A DNA stretch of 18,007 nucleotides from Candidatus Micrarchaeota archaeon (GCA_964496415.1 CAZBZN010000013.1:414-18420); one strand, 5' to 3'; counted from the stretch's first letter, positions 9,501 through 15,917 are shown. The notes: generated from the letters alone by a model not told the origin. A program made the numbers and translations.

Positions 9501-9659
9501 AGCTGACTCCCCAGAACCAACAGTAGCGTTAAGCAAGTAAACTCCATGAATGAACTCATTCTCAGAAGGAGCATTAATAATAATAGTAGTCAACGCTGCA
9601 TTACTTATTCCGACAACTAGCAAAAACACCAGCAAAAACCTTAAGTTCACAGCACTCAT
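6546..9659 (-). CDS. Large membrane-anchored surface glycoprotein with Ig-like/FN3-like domains
   Basis: Signal peptide, very many N-x-S/T sequons, two FN3-like repeats (ASINYG...TTYYYNxTxCDQAGNCNTTGPxNFTTL), further beta-sandwich segments, C-terminal TM helix (LLYAVIIAIITALVSGYLLF) and charged tail. Confidence 0.88.
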   Translation of the reverse strand: MSAVNLRFLLVFLLVVGISNAALTTIIINAPSENEFIHGVYLLNATVGSGESADNASFWYSTNGIDWTLIGTNDTAGSEFTYSWDTSSLNLEGVTVKVNASNDTVTVSNTTTGITVDNVAPSFVSVNASNISEHNATIVFSCFDELSDNKTNASINYGTTTSLGTTVTNSSFLTQHNITITGLLENTTYYYNVTACDQAGNCNTTGPHNFTTLSISPLIVNVSSSVWSNYSNISFSTSEDTNASINYGNTTDLGTVVSNSSLASSHFFQLSPLENGTTYYYNITVCDQAGNCNTTGPYNFTTLVDTTPPTLGSFLVNGKTTVIVNQYDNVTFTAGVTDNINVSSVWVEIVNVDGTAVNLTMSYDGGNNYSAVFNATKSGLYNLTLYANDSYGNLAVWNSTAEPRNFSAYGYFSLSTNISSPFKNFTLGSSYSFLLNIFNNDDITENYTINVGIDNVSGWSVSVNQTNVTNVASLSSASVLVTVGVPSNASQSVTVYFNVTSSNTSHLEQGNVSFVPASISFSIPSLFRITDNENLTQYLFLFTNYNGSYVKQLKVVNVSGFSCEVDGNDSSLFNVSCGLYNSSSLVLSGYYNSSGGYCLFNISSLSGYYNFTVNVTDSRGHKGSAYRTVYLPSGLRLNASSWSSNTNLAYFTAYGYVYYDNTSYKVSLANSSFDNVKVSYSSYLCSGRTNSNGYFSFNCPTPPEGTYSVNVTVTGVWNITSIFNNSLTVSKQVQEQQEEKLSIEVNASSIELENQSVDVLVTVLNNFDESKTLSLTVEEASEFKHFDLEANTTQLIVPANGSETALIKVVPFKNPKPGEYSVKVTAGSVSTSFKVKIKEEVGEGVSVHKYVEVKKDNSSSVIGIIVTNNLNETVEVNVTEVIPKTIAENVSMISFSEEPTIIEEDPVVAWTLTLNASQSKTITYTVSKAVGNVSLAPAQVMIVSVLRKEEIELTEVKPSHRLLYAVIIAIITALVSGYLLFKEEMTLILERVNEKLPERLRFYRKKQKPKYPFEEKLQQMKKEEEKPKEKKGFEWPE
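8751..9210 (-). repeat. Intragenic duplicated FN3-like domain
   Basis: Two ~60-aa near-copies sharing CDQAGNCNTTGP, at about 9021-9210 and 8751-8940. The DNA has diverged at synonymous sites. Confidence 0.85.
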
Positions 9660-9713
9660 GCTTCTAAATAAAAAGCCAGTGATTTAAAAAACTTCACTAA
9701 CCCTCAAAGCACC

Positions 9714-10138
9714 CTACTTGTACAACTCAAGGCATTCTTCTTTCATTACTCCTTTTATTACTTTTATTTTTTTGAATCCTTTTGCTTTTGAGATAATATC
9801 TTCGCATGAGACATTGATTTGTCTTTCAGTGAGGTCAATAATGTCTTCGAGTGAAACGCCATACACGACTGTTGATATCCCAGCTCAAAGGCATGCGCTT
9901 ATGCACATGGTTCGCATGTAGTGTACAAAGTACAACCTTCTAAGTGACGGTTCTTAATTCTTGCTGCTAAGCTTCTGATCGCGTTTATTTCAGCATGTGC
10001 TGTAGGGTCATTATCACTTACAACAGTATTATACCCTCTTGCGACTACTTCACCATTTTTAACAATAACTGCTCCATAAGGATTGTCTCCTTTCTTCGCT
10101 TCTTCAATTGCCATTTTCATAAACTTTTCATGAACCAT
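9714..10138 (-). pseudogene. Disrupted zinc-dependent nucleoside/guanine deaminase (TadA/CDA fold)
   Basis: MVHEKFMKMAIEEA...PYGAVIV...DPTAHAEINAIR...TLYTTCEPCA stops at TAA 9901-9899. The C-terminal half continues in another frame: ACL*AGISTVVYGVSLEDII...MKEECLELYK*, with TGA at 9887-9885 and TAG at 9716-9714. Confidence 0.88.
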
Positions 10139-10199
10139 GACAGCACCAACTTCATGCAGTTTAATTATTAACAAGGAGTTAGTATTTAATAAGAGTCTC

Positions 10200-10337
10200 T
10201 TGAGCTTTATTGAAAAAGTTAGAGAAGCTTTGAGGGAGAAGATGGGTAAAGAACCATCTGATATCACGGTTACTAGAGTTGCCCGGAAATTAGGGATCAA
10301 AAAAAGAAAAAAACGCAAGGAGACGGAAGAAGAGTAG
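10200..10337 (+). CDS. Possible small basic HTH-like protein or gene remnant
   Basis: LSFIEKVREALREKMGKEPSDITVTRVARKLGIKKRKKRKETEEE*: protein-like, purine-rich, helix-turn-helix pattern. Start uncertain (TTG 10200; the track uses ATG 10137). Confidence 0.35.
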   Translation: MSFIEKVREALREKMGKEPSDITVTRVARKLGIKKRKKRKETEEE

Positions 10338-10356
10338 TTCAAGTTTTCAGCTAAAT

Positions 10357-10420
10357 AAGTGATTAGTCGCAAAAGCGACTAATTTTTGCTAATTTTGGTC
10401 GTAAAAGCGACTATTAGACT
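10357..10420. repeat. Tandem pair of palindromes, 32-bp period, upstream of ATPase 2
   Basis: ATTAGTCG-caaaag-CGACTAAT (10362-10383) and GGTCG-taaaag-CGACT (10397-10412). GTCG starts at 10366 and 10398. Confidence 0.85.
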
Positions 10421-10431
10421 TTAGAATTTAT

Positions 10432-10456
10432 ACCTTTTAACGAAAAATGCGAAGGT
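10432..10456 (+). repeat. 25-bp direct repeat, left copy (flanks ATPase 2; overlaps BRE/TATA-like block 10444-10466)
   Basis: ACCTTTTAACGAAAAATGCGAAGGT, 24/25 identical to 11686-11710, with inverted ends ACCTT...AAGGT. Confidence 0.92.
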
Positions 10457-10487
10457 ATTTAAATGAGTAAAGCTTTTTTTTTAACTT

Positions 10488-11714
10488 ATGAGTTTAAGGC
10501 AAGTGCTTGAAACCTGGAACCCATGGTGGTCTGTAGGAGAAGTACCATCATCCTTAACAGGAGAGGAAAGAAAAATAACTAAAGAAATTTTCAGCTGGCT
10601 TGGTAAGAGAAAAATAAAAGTCATACTTGGTCCAAGAAGAGCTGGGAAAACAACAGTCATGTACCAGCTTATTAGCAAAATAGTTAAAAAAGATCCGTTA
10701 AAAGCAGTGTACGTTAATTTTGAAGACCCTGAACTTCAAGACGCTGGTTTTAAAAAAGTATATGAAGAAGCAAAAAAAATAGGAGGTAAGAAAGCTTTCA
10801 TATTCTTTGATGAGATTCAAAACATTAAAGACTGGGACAAGTACTTAAGAAGCATTCATGACAGAAGAGACCCAGTTGATTTAATAATTTCTGGCTCTAC
10901 AATGGCAATGCTTGGGAAAGAAGTGCAAAAAAGAATAGCGGGAAGGACAGTAAGCTTTAAGGTTTATCCCTTTTCTTTATTAGAAGCTTCTGAGATTAGA
11001 GGAATAAACCCTTTTGACCCAAGAGAAGAAGAAGCATTCCTTGGACTAGTAAAAGAACTCTTTACTACTGGATCTTATCCTGAAATTTTCCTGGAAAAAA
11101 ACCCTAATGTTAAGAAAAAACTTTTAGTTGAGTACTATGAAGGAATTGTTTCAAGAGACGTGGCAGCAGCCCATGACCTGGACTTGCACTTAGCTGAGGA
11201 AATTTCAAGGTATCTTTTAAGAAACGCAGGGAGTTTGGTGTCTATTAACAAGCTTTCAAAACTTTTCAAAATTGCTTTTCATACAACTGAAAAATACTTG
11301 AATGCTTTAAAAGATTCAATGATAATGTTTGAAGTTAGGAGATATTCTCATTCAATAAGAGAACAACTTGCGTTTCATAGGAAAGTATATCCAATTGACC
11401 TTGGCTTAAGATGGGCTGTTAGTAAAGGACCTTCACCAGACCTTGGAAAATGCTTTGAATCATTAATTGGCATAGAATTATTTAAGCAAGGAACAGAACT
11501 TTATTACTGGTCAAATCACGGTGAATGTGATTTTGTGCTTGCTGAACAAGGAAAACCATACTCATTAGTCCAAGTCACTTTTGATAAAAGAAAAGCAAGA
11601 GAACTTGAAGGGATTAAGCTTGCTTCAAGAGAACTTAAAGTAAAAATAAGCCATGTTGTAGAATTTAAGCCAGAATCAATTATAAACCTTCTAACGAAAA
11701 ATGCGAAGGTTTAA
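10488..11714 (+). CDS. AAA+ ATPase (AAA_14-like) with HTH-like region and C-terminal DUF4143 domain
   Basis: WNPWW N-terminus, Walker A GPRRAGKTT, YVNFED, Walker B FFDEIQN, SGS, AGR, GSYPE, HTH-like SINKLSKLFKIAFHTTEKYLNAL, RKVYPIDLG, GKCFES, ECDFV...VQV. Confidence 0.9.
   Translation: MSLRQVLETWNPWWSVGEVPSSLTGEERKITKEIFSWLGKRKIKVILGPRRAGKTTVMYQLISKIVKKDPLKAVYVNFEDPELQDAGFKKVYEEAKKIGGKKAFIFFDEIQNIKDWDKYLRSIHDRRDPVDLIISGSTMAMLGKEVQKRIAGRTVSFKVYPFSLLEASEIRGINPFDPREEEAFLGLVKELFTTGSYPEIFLEKNPNVKKKLLVEYYEGIVSRDVAAAHDLDLHLAEEISRYLLRNAGSLVSINKLSKLFKIAFHTTEKYLNALKDSMIMFEVRRYSHSIREQLAFHRKVYPIDLGLRWAVSKGPSPDLGKCFESLIGIELFKQGTELYYWSNHGECDFVLAEQGKPYSLVQVTFDKRKARELEGIKLASRELKVKISHVVEFKPESIINLLTKNAKV
11686..11710 (+). 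repeat. 25-bp direct repeat, right copy (within the last codons of ATPase 2)
   Basis: ACCTTCTAACGAAAAATGCGAAGGT; the ATPase stop TAA follows at 11712-11714. Confidence 0.92.
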
Positions 11715-11730
11715 AAATGATGAGAGTCTT

Positions 11731-12084
11731 ATGAAAGTTCTTTCACTGCGTCAGCCTTACGCTGAATGGGTCATTAGTGGGAAGAAAACAATAGAGCTTC
11801 GTTCTTGGAATACTAAATACAGGGGAAAGCTCCTTATTCACGCCAGCGGAAAACACTCAACGCTTCCAACAGGGGCAATCATTGGAAGTGTTGAACTAGT
11901 GGACGTGAAAGAATACAATAATGAAAAAGAATTCGCAGAAGACAAAGACAAACACCTCGCAGGCACAAAGTGGACTCTTCCATTCGCTAAAAGGCCGTTC
12001 AAATACGGGTTCATCCTTCGCAATCCAAAACGCTTTGAAAAACCAATACCAGTAAAAGGAAGGCTAGGGCTGTGGGAATTCTAA
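11731..12084 (+). CDS. ASCH domain protein
   Basis: MKVLSLRQPYAEWVISGKKTIELRSW (GxKxxExR), LLIHAS, GAIIGSVELVDV, PIPVKGRLGLWEF. ATG 11731 is preferred over 11701, which lies inside the repeat. Confidence 0.92.
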   Translation: MKVLSLRQPYAEWVISGKKTIELRSWNTKYRGKLLIHASGKHSTLPTGAIIGSVELVDVKEYNNEKEFAEDKDKHLAGTKWTLPFAKRPFKYGFILRNPKRFEKPIPVKGRLGLWEF

Positions 12085-12139
12085 TTTTTCACCCTTTGTA
12101 AGCAAAAAATTAAAAACTAACACGTTATTACTAAAACTC

Positions 12140-12751
12140 ATGAAAGGGTTTTTGGTTTTCGGTGACAGCATTGTTTATGGTGCTTGGGACAAGGAAGGAG
12201 GATGGGTTCAGAGACTACGGAAGTTCTTAGAGGAAAAACAAGAAGACGTGCTTGTTTATAATTTAGGAGTGTCAGGAGACACTACTGATTCTCTGTTGGA
12301 AAGATTTCAAGCAGAAGCAAAAGCAAGACTAAAGGACAGTGAAGGGGTTATAATAATCAGCATAGGAGTTAATGACTCTCACCTTTTTAAAAACAAGAAC
12401 TGCGTGCCTTTGGAAAAATTCCAGCAAAACATTAAAAGGCTTGTTAGTTTATCTAAGGAAATCTCTTCAAAGGTAATATTTGTTGGCTTGACGCCTGTTG
12501 ACGAAACAAAAACAACACCAATCCCATGGGACAAAGACAGGTTTTACAAAAACGAATACATTTAAAAGTACGATGAAGTAATCAAGAACATTTGCGAAGA
12601 AGAAAAAATCTTATTTGTTGAAGTATTCAAGAAACTAAAAGAAACAAATTATCAAGAACTGTTAGAAGATGGCTTGCATCCTAATTCAAAAGGACATGAG
12701 AAAGTCTTTCAAATCATTAAAGAATTCCTTGAAGAGAAAGAGATAATATGA
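12140..12751 (+). pseudogene. SGNH/GDSL hydrolase interrupted by one in-frame TAA
   Basis: FGDSI (block I), NLGVSGDT (II), IGVND (III). After TAA 12563-12565 the same frame continues KYDEVIKNICEEEKILFVEVF...EDGLHPNSKGHEKVFQIIKEFLEEKEII* to TGA 12749-12751, supplying block V (DxxH). Confidence 0.9.
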
Positions 12752-12766
12752 ACCTATCTATCATGA

Positions 12767-14053
12767 TTATTTTTTATGATCATTAAGATTGTCTTCAGTT
12801 AATGCTTCTTCCAGTTTTTTCTTTGCCAAAGCAGGTGGTATTGCCCCCTTGCTTTTTCTAACAACCACACCAACAAGGTAATGAATCACAGTTTTCTTAC
12901 CCTTTAAGTATTTTTCTACAGCGTTTTTTTCTTCTTTTATAACTCCTTTAATTACTTCTTTGACTATTTTTTCTTCTAAAATTACTTGCTGCGGCTTGAC
13001 TTGCTTTTTGTCAAGCAAGTCTCTTAGCATGCTTACAGCCTGAGGTTTTGTGATCTTCTTTTCTCTAAGAGCATTTATTATCATGAAAAAATCATCATCA
13101 AGTTTAAAGGTTCTTGGTTGGATTCCTCTGAATCTTAACTCTCCTAAGATTACTGGAACCCATTCTGTTATTTCCGAAGTAGTCATTCTTTTTCTCATTT
13201 TTTTATACGCAGTTGACAAGCCGTTTACCAAAATAGTTCTAGCAGCGCCTGCTGGCAGTCCTAAGTCAACCATGCTCTTCAAAAGTTCTTCATAAGGTCT
13301 TAAACCAAACTTTTGAATTAATATCTCTGGTATGTCAGGGTCTTGTATGAACCTATAGTCTTCTTCAAGCTCTTTTTCCCTAGCAGTAAAGGTCTCTTGA
13401 CGGGTCTCATCATAGTGTTTTGTAACTCTTGTTTTTGACGGTTCTTTTCCTTCAAGTTCTATGACCTTTAGTATTCCTTTAAAAGTACTAACTTCTTTGA
13501 CTTCTACTTTTTCCCCTTTATCTACTGTTATGTTCACATCAGCTCTAATCAGCTTGTCCTTCCAGATGCCAGAATACTCTAAAACATCAACTAATGCTTT
13601 GAGGAATCTTCTCACATCCTCTTTTGATTTCATGTCAGGTTCAGTGACTATTTCTATCAATGGCACTCCTGCTCTTGAATAATCTACTACTCTTTTTCTG
13701 GGGTCATATCTTCCAGCATCTTCTTCAAGATGCACTTCTCTTATCCTTACTCCTGCAAGGGTTCCATTAACTCCTATCGGAGTACTTGTTCTTTGAAAAC
13801 CAGCAGGCAAGTCAGGGTAAAAATAATGCTTTCTTAAAAACCTTATCTTACTTGAAATCCTGCATCCTAATAATTCTGACAACATTATTGTTTTTTTAAT
13901 TGCTTCTTCGTTTGGAGCCATTGGTTTTGCTCCAGGCTGAGCAGTACAAATAGGGCATACTGCTTCGTTAGGAGTCTTTGAAGATGCTGGACACTTACAG
14001 AACAATTTTGACAAAGTCTTAGGATGAACATGAACTTCTAAGCCTATTTTCAT
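12767..14053 (-). CDS. gatB: Asp/Glu-tRNA amidotransferase subunit B
   Basis: IGLEVH, KLFCKC, CPICTAQPG, RKHYFYPDLP, HLEEDAG, DYSRAGVPLIEIVTEPD, RADVNI, VEVK, DYRF, C-terminal Yqey-like tail. ATGA overlap with the gatA stop. Confidence 0.93.
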   Translation of the reverse strand: MKIGLEVHVHPKTLSKLFCKCPASSKTPNEAVCPICTAQPGAKPMAPNEEAIKKTIMLSELLGCRISSKIRFLRKHYFYPDLPAGFQRTSTPIGVNGTLAGVRIREVHLEEDAGRYDPRKRVVDYSRAGVPLIEIVTEPDMKSKEDVRRFLKALVDVLEYSGIWKDKLIRADVNITVDKGEKVEVKEVSTFKGILKVIELEGKEPSKTRVTKHYDETRQETFTAREKELEEDYRFIQDPDIPEILIQKFGLRPYEELLKSMVDLGLPAGAARTILVNGLSTAYKKMRKRMTTSEITEWVPVILGELRFRGIQPRTFKLDDDFFMIINALREKKITKPQAVSMLRDLLDKKQVKPQQVILEEKIVKEVIKGVIKEEKNAVEKYLKGKKTVIHYLVGVVVRKSKGAIPPALAKKKLEEALTEDNLNDHKK

Positions 14054-15390
14054 TTTAATCCCTCTTCATACATCCTAGCAAGCCTTAACACACGCGCGTC
14101 ATGGAATCTTCTTCCAATTATCTGCATGCCAACAGGAAGGCTTTTCACTTCACCTATTGGAATAGATATGGCAGGCAGTCCTCCAGCAGACGCTATTCCT
14201 GTCAAAACATCCATTAAATACACTTTGGTAGGATCCTGAACCTCACCGAACTTCCATGGAACCACAGGCATTGTAGGAGTAATTATTGCATCTAATTCCA
14301 GACTCTTAAACAATCTTTCAATCTCTGTTCTGAACTTTGAAAAAACACTTAATGCTTTCTCATAATACTTGCTTTTCTTTTCTTTCATTGTAACAAAAGT
14401 CCCAACCGCTATCCTGCGTTTTAGTTCTTCTGACAGCAATTCAGACCTTGTTAACTGAAAAAAATCCTCCCATTTGTTCCCTACTCTCTTGCCAAACAAG
14501 AGTCCTGAATATCTTTGCATTGAACTTGAGAACTCTGCAGGCATTAAAATATAATAAGCTTTAACAATATCTTCTAAAGATAACGGAAAATCTACTTCAG
14601 TGACTTCCACGTCTATTATTCTTATTTTTTGTTCAAGAAGCTTTAGGATTCCATGATCGACTTCCTTCAACATTTCCTCTTTTAGTACTCCTATTCTTGG
14701 CTTTTTAACATCAACATCAAGGAGGTCAAGATCAATTTTTACACTTGTTGTTGTTAAGTCAGAGTCATCTTTTCCAACTATCTTAGAAAGGACCCATGCT
14801 ACTCCAAAAACATCTCTGGCCATTGGAGAGACAACATCCAAGCTCATTGAAAGGTCAAGAAGACCATGCCTGCTCACTATGCCATACGAGGGCCTCATGC
14901 CCACTACTCCGCAGAAACTAGCAGGAGCTCTCGCAGAGCCAAAAGTATCTGTTCCTAACGCAAGGTCAATCATTCCTAACGCTAATGCAGTACCATTACC
15001 ACCACTACTTCCTCCTGGTACTCTTTTAGGGTCAAAAGGATGTTTTGTCCTGCCAAAGTCACTTCCAGCCCCAGAACTTCCACACCCAAAAGGGTCGCAA
15101 GAAGTCTTACCAAGAAAAGTTGTCTCATTTTTTATTTTTTTATACGCTGTAGCATCATAAACAGCAACATAACCTTCAAGTATTCTTGAACAAGCAGTAA
15201 CAGGCTTTCCTTTAACACAAATGTTGTCCTTGACGCCAATAGAAGGGCCTTTTATTTCAGGACTTTCTTCCACGTAAACAAAAGCATGATAGTCACTCAT
15301 TTTTTCAATTAACTTTTTCTGCGAAAAAATCCTTTCTTGAAGTTCTTCTTTTTCCAAGTCAAGAACTTCTTTTGTGCTAAGCTTTTTCAC
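14050..15390 (-). CDS. gatA: Asp/Glu-tRNA amidotransferase subunit A (amidase signature)
   Basis: VKDNICVKG, TACSRILEGY, RVPGGSSGG, LGTDTFGSARAPASFCGVVGMRPSYG, ELKRRI, YLMD, GLPAISIP, LPVGMQ. Start is probably GTG 15390 (GTGA overlap with the gatC stop); TTG 15399 is the alternative. Confidence 0.92.
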   Translation of the reverse strand: MKKLSTKEVLDLEKEELQERIFSQKKLIEKMSDYHAFVYVEESPEIKGPSIGVKDNICVKGKPVTACSRILEGYVAVYDATAYKKIKNETTFLGKTSCDPFGCGSSGAGSDFGRTKHPFDPKRVPGGSSGGNGTALALGMIDLALGTDTFGSARAPASFCGVVGMRPSYGIVSRHGLLDLSMSLDVVSPMARDVFGVAWVLSKIVGKDDSDLTTTSVKIDLDLLDVDVKKPRIGVLKEEMLKEVDHGILKLLEQKIRIIDVEVTEVDFPLSLEDIVKAYYILMPAEFSSSMQRYSGLLFGKRVGNKWEDFFQLTRSELLSEELKRRIAVGTFVTMKEKKSKYYEKALSVFSKFRTEIERLFKSLELDAIITPTMPVVPWKFGEVQDPTKVYLMDVLTGIASAGGLPAISIPIGEVKSLPVGMQIIGRRFHDARVLRLARMYEEGLK

Positions 15391-15638
15391 ACCACGCAAA
15401 ATCTTTCCCTCCTTTTAGGGAACTGTCTGACGATTTGTTCTTTTTCTTTAAATTCTTCATAAGAATCTTTTCTTTGCTTTTCTAGACTAAAAGAGCTGGT
15501 CATGTCTCCTTTTTCAAAACTAGGCAAGTCAGAAAGCCATTCAAGAATCTTTCTTATCTCTTCACTAAGCTTTTTGTCTTTTATGTTTATTCTCCCAAGC
15601 TTTGCTACTTTTTCTAACACTTCTTCCATAACACTCAC
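15387..15638 (-). CDS. gatC: Amidotransferase subunit C
   Basis: ~80 aa directly upstream of gatA. LEKVAKLGRI...IRKILEWLSDL...RKD...FPKRRERF fits the GatC pattern. Start is GTG 15638 or ATG 15629. TTTTTATAT at 15665-15657 is TATA-like. Confidence 0.8.
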   Translation of the reverse strand: MSVMEEVLEKVAKLGRINIKDKKLSEEIRKILEWLSDLPSFEKGDMTSSFSLEKQRKDSYEEFKEKEQIVRQFPKRRERFCVV

Positions 15639-15665
15639 TCACATAAAGGATGTTTGATATAAAAA

Positions 15666-15738
15666 CGCCAGGGAGAGGATTCGAACCTCTATCCCCAGGT
15701 CAACAGCCTGGGATCCTGCCAAATTAGACTACCCTGGC
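15666..15738 (-). tRNA. tRNA-Asn (anticodon GTT), no intron, CCA not encoded
   Basis: GCCAGGG TA GTCT AATTTGGCA GGAT C CCAGG CTGTTGA CCTGG GGAT AGAGG TTCGAAT CCTCT CCCTGGC G, then TTTTT. All four stems pair; discriminator G73. Confidence 0.92.
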
Positions 15739-15866
15739 TTGTCAAGTCTAACAGCTACCACCACCTTGCTTCCAGGAGAAATAGCTAATTTTTCTCTAAC
15801 TAATTTGGGGACAAGAACCCTGCCTCTATCATCTAACCTTGCTATAAAAGTCAGTTTTTCCTCTAT
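15729..15866 (-). CDS. AbrB/MazE/SpoVT-like DNA-binding mini-protein; start non-canonical or lost
   Basis: IEEKLTFIARLDDRGRVLVPKLVREKLAISPGSKVVVAVRLDKPG* matches the AbrB pattern (DxxGRxxxPxxxRxxLxxxxG). An in-frame TAG lies at 15872-15870, so no ATG/GTG/TTG precedes the domain. GGGGA is 8 nt before ATA. Confidence 0.7.
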   Translation of the reverse strand: MEEKLTFIARLDDRGRVLVPKLVREKLAISPGSKVVVAVRLDKPG

Positions 15867-15917
15867 TTTCTAAATCCCCTTTCACTTTTTTCACCAATCT
15901 TTTTTTAGTCACAGGTG

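Noticed and set aside
10139..10372. 78-aa N-terminal extension of the deaminase ORF
   Set aside because: Not deaminase-like, and antisense to a purine-rich ORF. ATG 10138 has a GGTG RBS.
9885..12565. Stop-codon reassignment (TGA at 9887-9885, TAA at 12563-12565)
   Set aside because: The two codons differ, both terminate intact genes here (gatA TGA, trpS TAA), Trp is encoded by TGG elsewhere, and the deaminase also has a frameshift.
15666..15738. tRNA as an integration site with a duplicated att fragment
   Set aside because: I found no second copy of either tRNA end in the window; the nearby direct repeats are unrelated to the tRNA sequence.
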